Source of the DNA: Candidatus Latescibacterota bacterium
GTDB taxonomy: Bacteria; Latescibacterota; UBA2968
Assembly: GCA_965207885.1 (NCBI GenBank)
Contig: OZ242311.1
Location: forward strand, 1,408,001-1,472,000
Direction of reading: 5' to 3'
Length of the DNA stretch: 64,000 nucleotides
Position 1 is the first letter of the stretch, and every line of letters starts with the position of its first letter. A program made the translations under genes and the position numbers. The notes beneath the pieces were generated by a model. That model saw only the letters and a list, made by a program, of their open reading frames with translations, was not told where the DNA came from and did no database searches. Of the stretch, positions 19,992 to 29,255 are shown piece after piece.

Positions 19992-22900
19992 GTGGACATC
20001 GCTATGGTCCCAAGTCTTTCTCCCCATTTTCTCTCACTGGACCTCGAAGTCAGCAAGCAAGATCACCGCATTCGCGCATTCGCTGCGGTGCGTCCAGATG
20101 TTGAGCAGCCACTGGTTTTCCAAGGCGGCGATCTGGCAGCGGCGTTGGCGGAGCTCGACGACTTCGCTGATGGCGTGGACTTCCTGCTCGGCCACAACCT
20201 GATCACTTTCGATCTACCACATCTTAAAGCTGCAAAACCCAATCTACGAATGCTGAACCTACCGCCGGTAGATACATTGTGGCTCAACCCCCTCGCATTT
20301 CCCCGCAATCCCTATCACCACCTCGTCAAACACTATCAGGATGGACAGCTCAAACGCGGGCGATTAAACGACCCGGAACTCGACGCCCGACTCGCGCTGA
20401 AAGTCTTCGACAGTCAGCAAACCGCGTTACGCGATGCGCCACTTAGCTTACTCGCCGCGTGGCACTATCTGACCGGAACAGGACCTGACAGCGCGGGGTT
20501 CGACGCCGTATTCGCTGCCATAAGGTACTCGCCTCGGCCAAACGAAGCAGCAGCCAATGCGGCGATCCGCGAGCGACTTGCGGGCATCGCCTGCCAGAAT
20601 CGCGGTCAGGACATTCTCGAGAATGTCGCTCAAAGCGGCTGGCCACTTGCTTACGCGCTGGCCTGGCTATCGGTTTCTGGCGGTAATTCTGTGATGCCTC
20701 CGTGGGTTCGACATCAGTTTCCAGAAGCCAGTAAGCTGGTTCGCCAACTACGGGATATGCCCTGTGGCGAGTCGGACTGCGACTGGTGTGGGGAGAGACA
20801 CAATCCACGCAAAGAGCTTAAACGCTGGTTTGGATTTGATGACTTCCGCTCGGAACCGGTGGACGAGGAAGGTCGTCCCCTGCAGCAGACCATCGTCGAG
20901 ACAGCGATGGTCGGGGAGCACATCCTGGGTATTTTGCCCACCGGCACCGGCAAGTCGCTCTGCTACCAGATCCCGGCTTTATCTCGCTATGACAAGACCG
21001 GTGCTCTCACAGTGGTGATTTCGCCTCTGGTCGCGCTCATGGCGGATCAAGTGGCGGGGCTGGAGGCACACGGAATCGGCTCCTGTGTGGCTATCAACGG
21101 GTTGCTGTCCATGCCCGAGCGAGCCGATGCGTTAGACCGGGTTCGACTCGGGGACGCAGGCATCCTCATCATCTCACCGGAGCAACTCCGAAATCATTCT
21201 CTGCACAGGGTACTGGATCAACGCGAAATCGGTGCCTGGGTGCTGGACGAAGCCCATTGCCTCTCAAAGTGGGGGCACGACTTCCGACCCGATTATCGCT
21301 ACGTGGGGCGCTTCATCCGCGAAAAAGCAGGACAAGAGCCGATCCCGCCAGTGTTATGCCTGACCGCGACAGCCAAACTCGACGTGGTGGCGGACATCAA
21401 GCAGCATTTCCGAGATGAACTCGGTGTAAGACTGAAGGTTTTCGACGGCGGTGCCCATCGCACCAATCTGGAATTCACAGTGATGCCGACGACCGGGGGA
21501 GAGAAGTTCTCGCACATCCATCAGATTCTAATGACTGACTTGCCACCGGATATGCCCGGAGGTGCCATCGTCTATTGTGCGACGCAACGGCGGACCGAAG
21601 AGGTGGCCGAATTCCTGCAGGACAAAGAAATCGCGGCTGACTACTTCCACGCCGGGCTGCCGCCCGATACCAAGAAGAATGTACAGCAGTGCTTCATCAG
21701 CGGCGAACTGCGCGTGATCGCGGCCACCAATGCCTTCGGCATGGGCATCGACAAACCGGATGTGCGGCTGGTGATCCACGCCGACATCCCCGGGTCGTTG
21801 GAGAACTACCTGCAGGAGGCGGGTCGCGCCGGACGAGACCGACAGTCGGCGCATTGCGTACTACTCTATGCGACGGACGATGTGGAGAGACAATTCTTCA
21901 TGTCGGCGCGTTCGCGGCTCACCCGGCGGGAGATTCACGGCGTCCTGAGAGCACTACGTAACCTCGATCGGAAGAAGCGGCTGGGCGGCGAGGTCGTAGC
22001 CACCGCCGGCGAGATCTTCGGCGAGGACGACGAAAAGGTGTTCGAGAGGGACTCAGCCACAGACGATACCCGCGTGCGAACCGCCATCTCCTGGCTTGAG
22101 GAAGCGATACTATTGACCCGAAATGAGAACCGGATTCAAATATTTCCTTCGTCTCTCCGGGTGGATTCGGTTGAGGAAGCATGCAGTCGGTTGGCGAAGG
22201 TACCCATGGCCAGCGACTACCGGAGACGACTACTCAGAATCGCCGAGACATTGATCGATGCCGACCCCGATGAGGGCATCTCCACCGACGATCTAATGGG
22301 CGTATCCGGCCTGAGTGCCGAAGGTGTACGCGGTGCCCTGTACGACCTGGAGCGGCTGGGCATCGCCAGCAACGATACGGCGCTGACCGCCTTTGTACAC
22401 GCGGGAGTCGTGCGTAACTCACGCAAGCGCTTTGATGAAGCGATGGAGTTGGAAACTGCCCTGATCGCACAGATGCGAGAGGCGGCACCGAATATGGTCA
22501 AAGGAGACACCTCAGTCCTGCATTTGCGCGTCGCCGCACAATCCCTGCGAGATGCAGGGGTGGTTGATCCCCTGCCGGAACGACTATGGCGTATTCTCCG
22601 CAGCATCGCCAACGACGGACGAGGAGAAGGGGGCGACGCTGGCAGCCTCGGGGTACGACGGTGGGATGCGGAGACGGTACGGGTGACGTTACGACGTGAG
22701 TGGTCGGATTTGGAGGAACTCGCGTCGCGTCGGCGCGAGGGAGCAAAGCGCCTGCTGGATCACTTGCTCGCCTGCCTGCCGCCCGGAAGTCGAGGTACGG
22801 ACCTGCTGGTCGAGACCACCCTCGGCAAGCTGTTGGAAGCGATCACGTCCGACCTATTTATAGAGAGTAGAAATCCTGAAAAGTTGCTGGATCGCGCGCT

Positions 22901-25169
22901 CCTGTGGCTGCACGAGCAGGAAGTCATTCGTCTCAACAAGGGCCTTGCGGTATTCCGTCCAGCCATGACCATCCGGCTTGAAGAGGAAAGGCGCGGCTTC
23001 GCCAATGCTGACTTTGCACCGCTCGATTTTCACTACAAGGGGCAGGTACTACAGATCCATGTAATGGTGGAATTCGCGCAGCGGGGCCTCAACAACATAG
23101 CCGACGCTCTGCGTCTGGCCATTGACTACTTCAGCCTGAAGCAGGAGGATTTCCTTCGCCGCTGGCTACCAGATCGGGATAAGGAAATTGCAAGGGAGAC
23201 CACGCCCGAATCGTGGAGAGCCATCGTCGAAAGTCTGAAAAATCCCATTCAGCAGCGCATCGTTGCGGATGATCGGGAGCAGACGAACGTGCTGGTACTC
23301 GCCGGTCCCGGCTCCGGTAAGACGCGCGTGCTGGTGCATCGCATCGCCTACCTCATACGCGCAAGGCGCGAAAATCCCCGCGGCATTCTGGCCCTGGCCT
23401 ACAACCGACACGCGGCAGTCGAGATCCGGCGACGCCTCATAGATTTGATCGGCGACGACGCCCGCGGAGTAACCGTGCTCACCTGTCACGCTCTCGCCAT
23501 GCGACTGGTCGGTGTCAGCTTTCAAGAGCGAGAACGCCGGCTACTTGACGACGATGCATTCCGAGAGGTTTTGCGCCAGGCAACGGCCCTGCTGCGCGGC
23601 GAGGGGCTGGAGCCAGAAGAAGCGGATGATCAGCGGGAACGGCTTCTCGCGGGTTTCCGCTGGATTCTGGTAGATGAATACCAGGACATTGGCGCGGATC
23701 AATACGAGTTGATATCTGCCTTGGCCGGACGAACCCTGAAAGATGAGGATCGCAAGCTCACCCTCTTCGCAGTAGGCGACGACGACCAGAACATCTACGC
23801 CTTCAACGGTGCTTCGGTAGAGTTCATCCGTCGTTTCGAGGCGGATTACGGTCCAAAGCCCACCTACCTGATCGACAACTACCGATCCACTGACCACATC
23901 ATCGCAACGGCCAACGCGCTGATTAACCCGGCGCGCCAACGGATGAAGACCGGACATCCCATCCGCATTGACCGGGCGCGTGCGAAGAATCCGCCTGGTG
24001 GCAACTGGGATGCGCTGGACCCGATCTCTCGCGGTCGAGTCCAGATTCTATCCACCTGGCGCGATCCGATCTCGCAAGCGCAGGTCGCAATGGCAGAGTT
24101 ACAGCGTCTCGCAGCACTCTCTCCGAATTGGGATTGGTCCACATGTGCGGTGATCGCACGAGAGTGGAAATATCTGGATCCGGTACAAGCGTTTTGCGAA
24201 GTCCACCATATCCCGGTGCAAATAGGAAACGAAGAAATCCCGAGCTTCTGGCACCTGCGGGAAACCCGAGAATTTGTTGAATGGCTGCGTGGACGAGATA
24301 CCCGCCTGGTAGAAGGTGCGGATCTAAGCAATTGGGTAGATGCACATCCCCCAGGACCCTGGATTGAGCTACTGCAGCAAGCCCTGGAGGAGCACGCCCT
24401 GGAAACCGGTGGCGCGGAAGTACCGGTGGACCACTTCATCGAGTGGCTGGCCGAGTGGGGACGAGATATACGCCGCCGCCAGCGTGGACTCTTGCTGTTG
24501 ACCGCACACCGCGCCAAAGGATTGGAGTTTGATCACATAGTAGTACTCGACGGAGGCTGGAACAAAGTCGATAGGGGCGAAGACCCGGACGCACCGCGCA
24601 GACTCTACTACGTAGCCATGACGCGCGCCCGGCAGACTCTCGCGCTCGTGCGTTTTCAAGGATTGCGCCCGGCAGGAGGTACACGACCAGATTTCGTAAT
24701 GGAATCTGAACCTCCAGTGTACGGACGCTTGCACTCGCTACCGTATTCCTTTCCAAACAACGGCTCGGTTCTACACCGCACATCCGGTGACTCGCAACCG
24801 GAAACCCTGGAACTCGCACGTCAATATCGGCGACCCAGTCTGCGCGAAGTCAATCTGGGATTCGCAGGGCGTTACTACACCAACCATCCAGTCCATCGTG
24901 CAATAGCCGCCCTGTCGCCCGGTGATCCGATAGAGACGCGGATTGCCAAAACTGGCTCCTGGGAATTGCTGAACCAGTCGGGAATGGTGGTGGGGCGTCT
25001 TGCCCAGGCGTTTGAACCCCCATTGGGAATGCGGTGCAAGTCTGCCACAGTCTTCGCCGTCGTAGATTGGAGCCGCGAAGCATCGGAACCGCAGTACCGA
25101 GACCACGCGAAATGCGATGCCTGGGAGGTTGTGGTGCCGGAGTTGGTGTTCGAGCCGGAGCGCGAGTAG
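19992..25169 (+). CDS. Fusion of an exonuclease-like domain, RecQ (SF2) helicase, UvrD (SF1) helicase and a C-terminal HIRAN-like domain
   Basis: N-terminal SLDLEV..GHNLITFD..DTL; RecQ motifs PTGTGKSLCYQ, DEAHCLSKWGHDFRPDY, LTATA, ATNAFGMGID, QEAGRAGRD; UvrD motifs AGPGSGKT, DEYQD, VGDDDQNIY, NYRS, HRAKGLEFD, YVAMTRA. Confidence 0.9.
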   Translation: MDIAMVPSLSPHFLSLDLEVSKQDHRIRAFAAVRPDVEQPLVFQGGDLAAALAELDDFADGVDFLLGHNLITFDLPHLKAAKPNLRMLNLPPVDTLWLNPLAFPRNPYHHLVKHYQDGQLKRGRLNDPELDARLALKVFDSQQTALRDAPLSLLAAWHYLTGTGPDSAGFDAVFAAIRYSPRPNEAAANAAIRERLAGIACQNRGQDILENVAQSGWPLAYALAWLSVSGGNSVMPPWVRHQFPEASKLVRQLRDMPCGESDCDWCGERHNPRKELKRWFGFDDFRSEPVDEEGRPLQQTIVETAMVGEHILGILPTGTGKSLCYQIPALSRYDKTGALTVVISPLVALMADQVAGLEAHGIGSCVAINGLLSMPERADALDRVRLGDAGILIISPEQLRNHSLHRVLDQREIGAWVLDEAHCLSKWGHDFRPDYRYVGRFIREKAGQEPIPPVLCLTATAKLDVVADIKQHFRDELGVRLKVFDGGAHRTNLEFTVMPTTGGEKFSHIHQILMTDLPPDMPGGAIVYCATQRRTEEVAEFLQDKEIAADYFHAGLPPDTKKNVQQCFISGELRVIAATNAFGMGIDKPDVRLVIHADIPGSLENYLQEAGRAGRDRQSAHCVLLYATDDVERQFFMSARSRLTRREIHGVLRALRNLDRKKRLGGEVVATAGEIFGEDDEKVFERDSATDDTRVRTAISWLEEAILLTRNENRIQIFPSSLRVDSVEEACSRLAKVPMASDYRRRLLRIAETLIDADPDEGISTDDLMGVSGLSAEGVRGALYDLERLGIASNDTALTAFVHAGVVRNSRKRFDEAMELETALIAQMREAAPNMVKGDTSVLHLRVAAQSLRDAGVVDPLPERLWRILRSIANDGRGEGGDAGSLGVRRWDAETVRVTLRREWSDLEELASRRREGAKRLLDHLLACLPPGSRGTDLLVETTLGKLLEAITSDLFIESRNPEKLLDRALLWLHEQEVIRLNKGLAVFRPAMTIRLEEERRGFANADFAPLDFHYKGQVLQIHVMVEFAQRGLNNIADALRLAIDYFSLKQEDFLRRWLPDRDKEIARETTPESWRAIVESLKNPIQQRIVADDREQTNVLVLAGPGSGKTRVLVHRIAYLIRARRENPRGILALAYNRHAAVEIRRRLIDLIGDDARGVTVLTCHALAMRLVGVSFQERERRLLDDDAFREVLRQATALLRGEGLEPEEADDQRERLLAGFRWILVDEYQDIGADQYELISALAGRTLKDEDRKLTLFAVGDDDQNIYAFNGASVEFIRRFEADYGPKPTYLIDNYRSTDHIIATANALINPARQRMKTGHPIRIDRARAKNPPGGNWDALDPISRGRVQILSTWRDPISQAQVAMAELQRLAALSPNWDWSTCAVIAREWKYLDPVQAFCEVHHIPVQIGNEEIPSFWHLRETREFVEWLRGRDTRLVEGADLSNWVDAHPPGPWIELLQQALEEHALETGGAEVPVDHFIEWLAEWGRDIRRRQRGLLLLTAHRAKGLEFDHIVVLDGGWNKVDRGEDPDAPRRLYYVAMTRARQTLALVRFQGLRPAGGTRPDFVMESEPPVYGRLHSLPYSFPNNGSVLHRTSGDSQPETLELARQYRRPSLREVNLGFAGRYYTNHPVHRAIAALSPGDPIETRIAKTGSWELLNQSGMVVGRLAQAFEPPLGMRCKSATVFAVVDWSREASEPQYRDHAKCDAWEVVVPELVFEPERE

Positions 25170-25200
25170 CACACCAAAAACTGTTTATTCAGAATTTTCC

Positions 25201-25229
25201 TTGATGATTTGGCGTCTTAATGGTACACT
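25201..25229 (+). promoter_or_regulatory. Possible sigma-70 promoter of the toxin-antitoxin pair
   Basis: TTGATG-17 bp-TACACT, followed by a GGAGG RBS. Confidence 0.45.
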
Positions 25230-25268
25230 TTATACGCGATGTGTGACTTCAAATTGGAGGTAAAGAAG

Positions 25269-25511
25269 ATGGCCAGCATGACTATACGTAATCTTAGCGA
25301 CGACATTAAGCAGCGTCTGCGCATCCAGGCGGCTGAGCATGGCCACTCAATGGAAGAGGAAGCGCGGATAATTTTGCGTGCTGCGCTTATGGAGCACACG
25401 CCTCCCATCAATTTAGCACGCGCTATACACGACCGATTCGCGCCTCTGGGCGGTGTGGAACTGGATATACCGCCTCGCGAGCCGATGCGCGCCCCACCCC
25501 GATTCGGTTGA
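25269..25511 (+). CDS. FitA-like ribbon-helix-helix antitoxin
   Basis: MASMTIRNLSDDIKQRLRIQAAEHGHSMEEEAR. Confidence 0.88.
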   Translation: MASMTIRNLSDDIKQRLRIQAAEHGHSMEEEARIILRAALMEHTPPINLARAIHDRFAPLGGVELDIPPREPMRAPPRFG

Positions 25512-25521
25512 ATTATCGAAT

Positions 25522-25974
25522 ATGATCCTACTCGATACCAACGTTGTCTCGGAGTTGATGCGCTCCAAGCCCGATCCCGGCGTAAAGATGTGGCTTGCTA
25601 AACAGGACACCACAAATGTCTTCATCTCGGTGATCACAGAGGCCGAGCTACGGTACGGCGTCGCTATTCTGCCAATGGGTCGGCGGCGAGATCAGATCGC
25701 AGCCGAAGTCGAAAATATGCTCAAGGAAGATTTTGCACGACGCATTCTACCTTTTGACAGTAAGGCATCACCCATCTATGCTGAGATTGGTGCTGGTCGC
25801 CGGGCCGCTGGCCTGCCGATCAGCCACGCGGACTGCCAAATAGCAGCTATCGCCCGTTGTCGCGGGGCGGCCATCGCTACTCGCAATGTCGGGCATTTCG
25901 AGCACTGTGGCATTGAGGTAATCAACCCTTGGACCGCTCTTACAGGTCTTCAGTCAGAGAGTACAGAGACATGA
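25522..25974 (+). CDS. vapC: VapC/FitB PIN-domain toxin
   Basis: MILLDTNVVSE, AELRYG, DCQIAAIA, ATRN, INPW. Confidence 0.92.
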   Translation: MILLDTNVVSELMRSKPDPGVKMWLAKQDTTNVFISVITEAELRYGVAILPMGRRRDQIAAEVENMLKEDFARRILPFDSKASPIYAEIGAGRRAAGLPISHADCQIAAIARCRGAAIATRNVGHFEHCGIEVINPWTALTGLQSESTET

Positions 25975-26019
25975 GCACTGTAGAACAACGGGAGATCAAG
26001 ATGGAATATGGAGTAAGCT

Positions 26020-26241
26020 ATGGCGAGCCAAATTCACGTTAGTTCTAAGGCGGTTCAAGTCCCTGAGATAGCTTCCGAGCCGGATAAAACAACAAGCATG
26101 CCCTCAAGCAACGCGATCATCTGGCAAGAATGGACACAAAAACGCGCCCAAGACGCGCCGACTCTTGAACAGATCCAAGAAATCACTAAAAAAGTTAAAC
26201 TCAATGTGACACAAACTATCCTGGAAGGTCGGAAAATCTAA
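26020..26241 (+). CDS. Hypothetical protein, possibly an orphan antitoxin
   Basis: 73 aa with GGAG RBS, lying between TA genes; family not recognised. Confidence 0.45.
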   Translation: MASQIHVSSKAVQVPEIASEPDKTTSMPSSNAIIWQEWTQKRAQDAPTLEQIQEITKKVKLNVTQTILEGRKI

Positions 26242-26243
26242 TA

Positions 26244-26309
26244 ATTTCAGATAAAGGCGTTTTGGCAACCATGCTCAAACACCTCGGCATTGACAGGAAG
26301 GAGTTCTGA
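26244..26309 (+). pseudogene. hicA: 3' remnant of a HicA-type toxin gene
   Basis: Reads ISDKGVLATMLKHLGIDRKEF*, resembles a HicA C-terminal helix, and ends 3 nt before the hicB ATG; the 5' part is missing. Confidence 0.65.
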
Positions 26310-26312
26310 TTC

Positions 26313-26747
26313 ATGCAATATGCCTATCCATGCAATCTGATTCCCGACCGCGAAGAGGGCGAGGGATTCATCGTGACCTTTCCCGACGTACCGGGAGCCA
26401 TAACAGGGGCGCAAACCAGAGAAGAATTTCTTTTCTTAGCCGAAGACGCCCTCGTTGCCATGCTCGCTGTGTACGTCCAACAGCAACGGGAAATCCCAAC
26501 GCCAAGCCCTGTTGCGGACGGTCAGGAACTCGTCGCAGTCCCACCTATCGCTGCCGCCAAGCTGGCCCTCTATACGGCCATGCGCGAGCAAGGAATCACT
26601 GGGGAAACACTCGCCACTCGTCTAAACCTGAGCGATTCAGCCCTTCGCAAGTTGCTCAACCCGGACTGCTTCTCCCATATCAGTCAGATCATGAAAGCAC
26701 TCCGAACCGTCGGGCGTAGCCTGGTCATAGAAGACAGAGCGGCATAG
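26313..26747 (+). CDS. hicB: HicB-family antitoxin
   Basis: GFIVTFPDVPGAITGAQTREE..AEDAL plus a C-terminal HTH. Confidence 0.88.
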   Translation: MQYAYPCNLIPDREEGEGFIVTFPDVPGAITGAQTREEFLFLAEDALVAMLAVYVQQQREIPTPSPVADGQELVAVPPIAAAKLALYTAMREQGITGETLATRLNLSDSALRKLLNPDCFSHISQIMKALRTVGRSLVIEDRAA

Positions 26748-26771
26748 TTGCCCAAATGTAAAAAAACCTTT

Positions 26772-26866
26772 CTGGATTGCGGCTAAAACCCTGCCGCAAT
26801 GACGGGCGAGGCATGCCTCGCCCCTACAGCACCATAGCCTGCCCCGCATGCTTTAAGCAGGGGCCG
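26772..26866. repeat. Cluster of REP-like palindromes
   Basis: CTGGATTGCGGC..GCCGCAATGAC (26772-26803), GGGCGAGGCATGCCTCGCCCCTAC (26804-26827, GTAG type), and a third imperfect hairpin. Confidence 0.65.
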
Positions 26867-26920
26867 CGATGACGGATTTCAGATACAGCGCATGCTACAA
26901 AATAAAAACAGGAGTATAAC

Positions 26921-27712
26921 GTGAGCGCACCACCAATCCCAGAACGCCCCCCCATCCCGGGTGTCAGACACATCGTCGCAATCGCCAGTGGCAAAGGTGG
27001 CGTGGGCAAAACGACAACCGCGTCAAATCTGGCTGTGGCAATGGCACAATCGGGACACGCGGTGGGATTGATGGATGCGGATATTTACGGACCCAATGTA
27101 CCGATCATGATGGGCAGCAAAGCGCAGCCGCAAATGACACCGGAGCAAAAAATTGAACCCCTTGAGCTGTACGGTGTAAAAATGGTATCTCTGGGACTAA
27201 TCGCCGGCGATGGCGTACCCATCATCTGGCGCGGACCCATGTTGGCCAAGATGGTCACCCAATTCGTGCGCGACGTGGCCTGGGCACCGCTCGATTGTCT
27301 GGTCATCGACTTGCCTCCGGGCACCGGCGATGTGCAACTGACCCTGACCCAATCAACCCCATTGGACGGCGCAGTCATCGTAACGACACCCCCCCTGGTC
27401 GCCCTGGAAGACGTGCGGCGTGGCGTCGAAATGTTTCACACCGTTGAAGTGCCCGTACTGGGTGTAATTGAAAACATGAGCACTTATATATGCGGCAAGT
27501 GCGGCACAGAAACGCCGATCTTTGGTCAGGGAGGTGGCGAGCGCACGGCAAAAGCCTATAGCGTGCCATTTTTGGGCGCGATTCCCCTGCACCTACAGGT
27601 ACAAATGGGAAGTGACACGGGAGCACCAATAGTAGCCTCTGACCCCGACTCGCCTCTGGCAAAAATATATCGCGACATCGCCGATAGCATCTGGCGATCT
27701 CTGGAGATGTGA
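26921..27712 (+). CDS. mrp: Mrp/NBP35 (ApbC) Fe-S cluster carrier ATPase
   Basis: SGKGGVGKTT, DADIYGP, WRGPM, DLPPGTGD, ENMS..CGKC. Confidence 0.93.
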   Translation: MSAPPIPERPPIPGVRHIVAIASGKGGVGKTTTASNLAVAMAQSGHAVGLMDADIYGPNVPIMMGSKAQPQMTPEQKIEPLELYGVKMVSLGLIAGDGVPIIWRGPMLAKMVTQFVRDVAWAPLDCLVIDLPPGTGDVQLTLTQSTPLDGAVIVTTPPLVALEDVRRGVEMFHTVEVPVLGVIENMSTYICGKCGTETPIFGQGGGERTAKAYSVPFLGAIPLHLQVQMGSDTGAPIVASDPDSPLAKIYRDIADSIWRSLEM

Positions 27713-27740
27713 AAACAGCATTGCACAATCGCATGTCACA

Positions 27741-27772
27741 AGAAGGCGATCGTTATGCGAACGTCTTTTTTT
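27741..27772 (+). terminator. Probable intrinsic terminator
   Basis: AGAAGGCG..CGTCTTTT imperfect stem followed by a T-run. Confidence 0.5.
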
Positions 27773-27781
27773 ATTTCTCCC

Positions 27782-27810
27782 TTGAAAACTATACACCCGT
27801 TTAGTATATT
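27782..27810 (+). promoter_or_regulatory. Sigma-70-type promoter of the RND genes
   Basis: TTGAAA-17 bp-TATATT. Confidence 0.55.
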
Positions 27811-27894
27811 TAATGCGGATTTCCGAAACCAGTCTTCCCACTGGTGCGTCAAAGGTCTTGTAGAATTCAGGCATATTCCAACCCGTGAGGATAA

Positions 27895-29145
27895 ATGATG
27901 TTGCAACGTATATCGGTTATACTCGGAATTCTAATTCTTCTCTGGGCGTTTTCGGGGTGCAGTGAGGAAGCCACTGCCGACAAGGCATCTTCTGATAGCA
28001 CGGCAAAGACCAGTTCGACCAAGGCCGATTCTGCCAAAGCTGATTCTGCCAAAGTTGCCGCAAAGCAGAAGCGCAACAAACAACCGAATCCAAAGGCCAA
28101 AACTCAACCAAATCCCAAGCGCAAAAATCAAAAACCGAGAGTCGCCGAAGGAGTCCCCGTAAAAGTATCTGTCGTGGGAACGGGTAAAATCTCCCAGCAT
28201 GTGCTCTACAGCTCCGCAGTAGAAGCCGAAGAAACCATCGACATTTACGCGCGAGGCTCCGGATTGGTGCGACGCGTACTGGTCGAAGAAGGGGAGCGTG
28301 TGCGCGAGGGCCAGGTGCTGATCGAACTGGTTGACGACGAATTAAAGCTCAACGAAGCCGAGGCGAAATTGATGTATCAGAAGTTGGAAAGCCAGCTCAA
28401 ACGAAAAGAAGAGTTATTTAATCGACAACTTTTGGCAAAAGAAGAATACGAAGACCTCAAAATCAATGTTGAACAGAACAAAATTCGGTGGGAACGCGCC
28501 CGATTATCTCTCGATTATGCGCGCGTGCGCGCGCCGGTAAGCGGGGTCATTTCAAGGCGCTCGGTCAAGCTGGGCGACCGCATCGGTGCCAGCACCAAGC
28601 TCTACGAAATGGTCAACTTGAGTCGCTTGATCGCTTATGTACATGTGCCGGGACAGGGCATGCACAATTTAGCGGTTGGACAGCCCGCACTCATAACAAC
28701 AGATTTCTTACCCGGTACAAAATTTGACGGAAAAATATTGCGTATCAGCCCAGTCGTCGATCCCGGATCGGGCACCTTTAAGGTAACCCTGGAACTGAAA
28801 TCAAAGAACCGGTTGCTGCGGCCCGGTATGTTTGTCAATGCACACATCGTCACAGCGACCCACCCCCAGGCTGTACTCGTACCCAAGCGGGCTGTGGTGT
28901 ACGACGATGGACTACCGCACGTATTCGTCGTGTCGGACAGCACAGTCAATAAAGTGCGCTTTGAAATGGGCTTTGACGACACCGAATTTGTCGAAGTACT
29001 CGCGGGCGTAAAAAAAGGCGACCAGATAGTCGTGGTGGGACAAAACGGTTTGAAGGACAAAGCCAAAGTGCGAATCATCGAAGGTGAAGGATTGCGCATT
29101 CCCGCGAAGCCAGATTCAACAGGGGAACAGGCAGAAAAGACGTGA
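27895..29145 (+). CDS. RND efflux periplasmic adaptor (MFP) lipoprotein
   Basis: Lipobox FSGC; low-complexity KADSA linker; VRAPVSGVI, ISPVVD, LRPGMF. Confidence 0.92.
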   Translation: MMLQRISVILGILILLWAFSGCSEEATADKASSDSTAKTSSTKADSAKADSAKVAAKQKRNKQPNPKAKTQPNPKRKNQKPRVAEGVPVKVSVVGTGKISQHVLYSSAVEAEETIDIYARGSGLVRRVLVEEGERVREGQVLIELVDDELKLNEAEAKLMYQKLESQLKRKEELFNRQLLAKEEYEDLKINVEQNKIRWERARLSLDYARVRAPVSGVISRRSVKLGDRIGASTKLYEMVNLSRLIAYVHVPGQGMHNLAVGQPALITTDFLPGTKFDGKILRISPVVDPGSGTFKVTLELKSKNRLLRPGMFVNAHIVTATHPQAVLVPKRAVVYDDGLPHVFVVSDSTVNKVRFEMGFDDTEFVEVLAGVKKGDQIVVVGQNGLKDKAKVRIIEGEGLRIPAKPDSTGEQAEKT

Positions 29146-29255
29146 TGAGGTATCTTTCTTTTGTTTGCCTGTCGTTGTATAAAATAGCGAATCGCAGACC
29201 TTAATGTGTGGGCGGTTCGCTGATTTTTTATGCGGAGCGATACAGGGAGAACAAT

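Noticed and set aside
19992-25169. PsyrTA/RqlHI or Gabija assignment
   Set aside because: No PRTase domain or DprA partner and no OLD-family nuclease next to it
27975-28130. KADSA and QPNPK repeats in the RND adaptor
   Set aside because: Ordinary low-complexity lipoprotein linker
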